Assembly: GCA_963810095.1 (NCBI GenBank)
Contig: CAWEMM010000007.1
Coordinates: forward strand, 256,001-320,000
Length of the DNA stretch: 64,000 nucleotides
Direction of reading: 5' to 3'
Source of the DNA: an uncultured Chloroflexia bacterium
Lineage (GTDB): Bacteria > Chloroflexota > Anaerolineae > CG2-30-64-16
Shown here: positions 61,434 to 64,000 of the stretch, piece by piece
How positions within the stretch are numbered: the first letter of the stretch is position 1
Layout: each line of letters starts with the position of its first letter
Notes under the pieces: model-generated
What the model was told of the DNA's origin: nothing
Database searches by the model: none
The model's input: the letters and a program-made list of their open reading frames with translations, nothing else
Position numbers and translations under genes: made by a program

Positions 61434-62069
61434 GTGCACGACCTTAAAGAACTCCTCGATATCGCGCAATCAGACCACACGCACCTTTGCCCGCGCATCG
61501 TGCTGGGTGTACGCATCGGCCTGGCGGGCGTCGCTGCGCTCGGGCTGGAGCCGCGGCATGGCGGCAAGCGCCTGCTGGCGATCTCCGAGTGCGACGGCTG
61601 CTTCGTCGACGGCGTGACCGCGGCAACCGGCTGCACCGCCGGCCATCGCACGCTGCGGGTAGAAGACTACGGCAAGGTGGCGGCGACGTTCGTGCGGGTG
61701 GATACGGGGCAGACCGTGCGGGTTGCGCCGCTGCCAGGCGTGCGTGCTCTGGCCAGCGCCTGGGCGCCCGAGCCCCGCGGGCACTACTTCGCCCAGCTTC
61801 GAGCCTACCAATCCATGCCCGACAGCCACCTGCTGAGCTTGACGGCCGTCGAGCTGGCAGTCCCGGTTCGCGAGCTCATTTCGCGTCCGGGCGTGCGCGT
61901 CAGCTGTGAGCAATGCGGCGAGGAAATCATCAACGAGCGCGAGCTCTGTGTGAACGGGCGCCGGCTGTGCCGGGCGTGTGGCGGCGGAGCCTATTACCGG
62001 GCTGCGCAGGCGCCGAAGCAGGCGCTAGAAACCGGATGTTGCGATGTCAACAGACAATCTCTCGACTGA
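61434..62069 (+). CDS. FmdE-family protein with C-terminal C4 zinc finger
   Basis: HTHLCPRIVLGVRIG, ECDGCFVDG, GC.AG..TL..EDYGK.AATF, CEQCGE...CRAC. GGAGG precedes GTG. Confidence 0.88.
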   Translation: MHDLKELLDIAQSDHTHLCPRIVLGVRIGLAGVAALGLEPRHGGKRLLAISECDGCFVDGVTAATGCTAGHRTLRVEDYGKVAATFVRVDTGQTVRVAPLPGVRALASAWAPEPRGHYFAQLRAYQSMPDSHLLSLTAVELAVPVRELISRPGVRVSCEQCGEEIINERELCVNGRRLCRACGGGAYYRAAQAPKQALETGCCDVNRQSLD

Positions 62070-64000
62070 ACGAATATCGGGCTACTGTGCCCTCTGCACC
62101 TCACGGTGCGGCTCGATTGCAGTGGTGGATAACGGGCGCTTCACTGCCCTCGAGCCCGACCCGACGCATCCGACGGGGAAGGCGCTTTGCGCCAAGGGAC
62201 GCGCCGCGCCCGAACTGGTCTACCATCCCGACAGGCTGCTCTATCCGCTCAAGCGCACCCGGCCGAAGGGGGAGCCCGATCCGGGATGGCAGCGCATCAG
62301 CTGGGACGAAGCACTCGACCTGACCGCGGCCAACCTGCGCCGCATGGCCGAGGAACACGGCCCCGAAAGCGTGGTCTTCAGCTGTGCGTCGCCTTCGACG
62401 TCCGCGGCCGACGACTCGACTGTCTGGATTGCCCGGTTGATGAACGCCTTCGGGACCCCGAACCTGTGCTCCTCCATGGAGTTGTGCGGGTGGGGGAGAC
62501 AACAGGCGACGCAGTACACGTTCGGGGCAGCTGTGCCCGGCGCGTACATGCCCGACATCGAGCATGCCCGCTGCATTCTGTTCTGGGGCTATAACCCGAA
62601 CCTCGCGCGCCTGAGCCACGCCACCGCCACCTTGGAGGCGCTCAAGCGCGGGGCGCGCCTGATCGTGGTCGACCCCCGGCTGACCGGCATCGCCAAGAAG
62701 GCGGACGTCTGGCTACAGGTGCGGCCGGGCACGGACGCGGCGCTGGCGCTCGGGATCACCCACGTGATGATCGAACGGGGGTGGTACGATCGGGACTTCG
62801 TCGGCCGCTGGACGAACGGGCCGCTGTTGGTGCGAGCGGACGACGGCCGGCTGCTGACAGAAGCAGACGTGTCGGTGGGGGGCAGCACGCGGAGATACGC
62901 GGCCTGGCGTGAGGCGCAGGGCCGCCCGGTCATCTACGACCCGGGCACGCGGACCTACGAGGGGGGCGATGCGGGGCTCGCCCTGTTCGGCGCCTTCGAG
63001 GTCGAGACCACGCAGGGCCCGCTCCTGTGCCGCACGGCTTTTCAATTGACTGCGGATCATTGCGGGCAGTACTCAGCGGCCCGCGTAGAAGCGATCTGCG
63101 GGATTCCTGCGACGCAAGTCGAGGCCGCGGCGCGGCTGCTGTGGGAGGCGCGGCCGGTTGCATACTACGCGTGGAGCGGCGTCGAGATGCAGACGAACTC
63201 GACCCAGATCGCGCGGGCCATCGCCCAGTTGTACGCGTTAACCGGCAGCTTCGACTCGCGCGGCGGCAACGTCCTGTTTGCCGCGCCCCAGTCCGCGCCG
63301 GCGGCCGGTTTCGAGCTTCTCTCACCCGAGCAGCGCGCAAAGGCGCTGGGACTTCCCGAGCGGCCGCTTGGACCGTCCCGTTGGGGCTTCGTTACCACAG
63401 ACGAAGTGTACCGCGCGATCCTGGAGCACCAGCCGTACGGCGTCCACGGCCTGGTCGGCTTCGGGGCGAACTTGCTGCTGGCACATGCAGACCCGCTACG
63501 GGGCCGGGAAGCACTCAAGCAGCTGGATTTCTACGTCCATGCGGACCTCTTTATGAACCCGACGGCCGAGCTGGCCGACATCGTGCTGCCGGTGGCAACG
63601 CCGTTCGAGCGCGACGCGCTCAAGCTGGGGTTCGAGATCAGCGCGGAGGCACAGTCACTCGTCCAGCTGCGCCGGCCCGTGGTCGCCGCGCAAGGGGAGG
63701 CCCGGTCAGACACGCAGATTGTCTTTGACCTGGCGAGCCGCCTCGGCCTGGGCGACCACTTCTGGCAGGGCGACCGGTGGGCCGCGTACCGCTACCAGCT
63801 GGGTCCCTCCGGCCTCGATCTCGAAACGCTGGCGGAGCATCCGAACGGGGTGCACGCGGCGGTCCAGACGCGCTATCGCAAGTACGCGGAGGAACATGAC
63901 GGCGTCGCCCGGGGCTTCAACACTCCGACAGGCAAGGCGGAACTCTACTCCGAGACGATGCTGAGCCATGGTTACTCGCCCTTGCCCCAGTACGAGGCGC
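62044..64000 (+). CDS. Molybdopterin-dependent oxidoreductase (DMSO reductase family), 3'-truncated by the window
   Basis: ATG 62044: GYCALCTSRCG...LCAKG [4Fe-4S] motif, RLLYPLKR, WQRISWDEAL, IVVDPR, VRPGTDAAL, DLFMNPTAELADIVLP. Absent from the ORF track because no stop lies in the window. Confidence 0.92.
   Translation, partial: MSTDNLSTERISGYCALCTSRCGSIAVVDNGRFTALEPDPTHPTGKALCAKGRAAPELVYHPDRLLYPLKRTRPKGEPDPGWQRISWDEALDLTAANLRRMAEEHGPESVVFSCASPSTSAADDSTVWIARLMNAFGTPNLCSSMELCGWGRQQATQYTFGAAVPGAYMPDIEHARCILFWGYNPNLARLSHATATLEALKRGARLIVVDPRLTGIAKKADVWLQVRPGTDAALALGITHVMIERGWYDRDFVGRWTNGPLLVRADDGRLLTEADVSVGGSTRRYAAWREAQGRPVIYDPGTRTYEGGDAGLALFGAFEVETTQGPLLCRTAFQLTADHCGQYSAARVEAICGIPATQVEAAARLLWEARPVAYYAWSGVEMQTNSTQIARAIAQLYALTGSFDSRGGNVLFAAPQSAPAAGFELLSPEQRAKALGLPERPLGPSRWGFVTTDEVYRAILEHQPYGVHGLVGFGANLLLAHADPLRGREALKQLDFYVHADLFMNPTAELADIVLPVATPFERDALKLGFEISAEAQSLVQLRRPVVAAQGEARSDTQIVFDLASRLGLGDHFWQGDRWAAYRYQLGPSGLDLETLAEHPNGVHAAVQTRYRKYAEEHDGVARGFNTPTGKAELYSETMLSHGYSPLPQYEA

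Overview
High-GC bacterial chromosome segment, most consistent with a Chloroflexota (Anaerolineae/Caldilineae-like) genome. This is inferred from Pro/Thr-linker secreted proteins ending in a 'YLP(L/I/V)V' tail and from the gene content. It holds about 50 CDS and one tRNA-Gln(CTG). Core genes include mreBCD-mrdA-rodA, tilS, rlmI, hpt, rplY, fabF, a lysA-dapF fusion, trmI, dinB and a peptide ABC transporter. Accessory genes include secreted surface proteins, a hybrid kinase/response regulator/PP2C module, a GT1/TetR pair, a P450, a WYL/GyrI pair and an FmdE plus molybdopterin oxidoreductase pair. At least 15 genes, including mrdA and fabF, carry apparent single-base frameshifts, most likely long-read assembly errors. 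No CRISPR array, integrase or transposase is visible. Most notable observations: (1) an operon pairing a caspase-fold protein that has lost both catalytic residues (H->W, C->P) with a catalytically intact CHAT protease; (2) a beta-helix gene flanked by two diverged copies of the neighbouring gene's 3' end that share a perfect 48-bp core, resembling an integration scar; (3) a His-less carnitine-acyltransferase-fold gene splitting a peptide ABC operon; (4) a LysA-DapF fusion whose DapF has Ser at both catalytic Cys positions; (5) an orphan PD-(D/E)XK-like gene between tilS and hpt; (6) several families of small palindromic or tandem intergenic elements.
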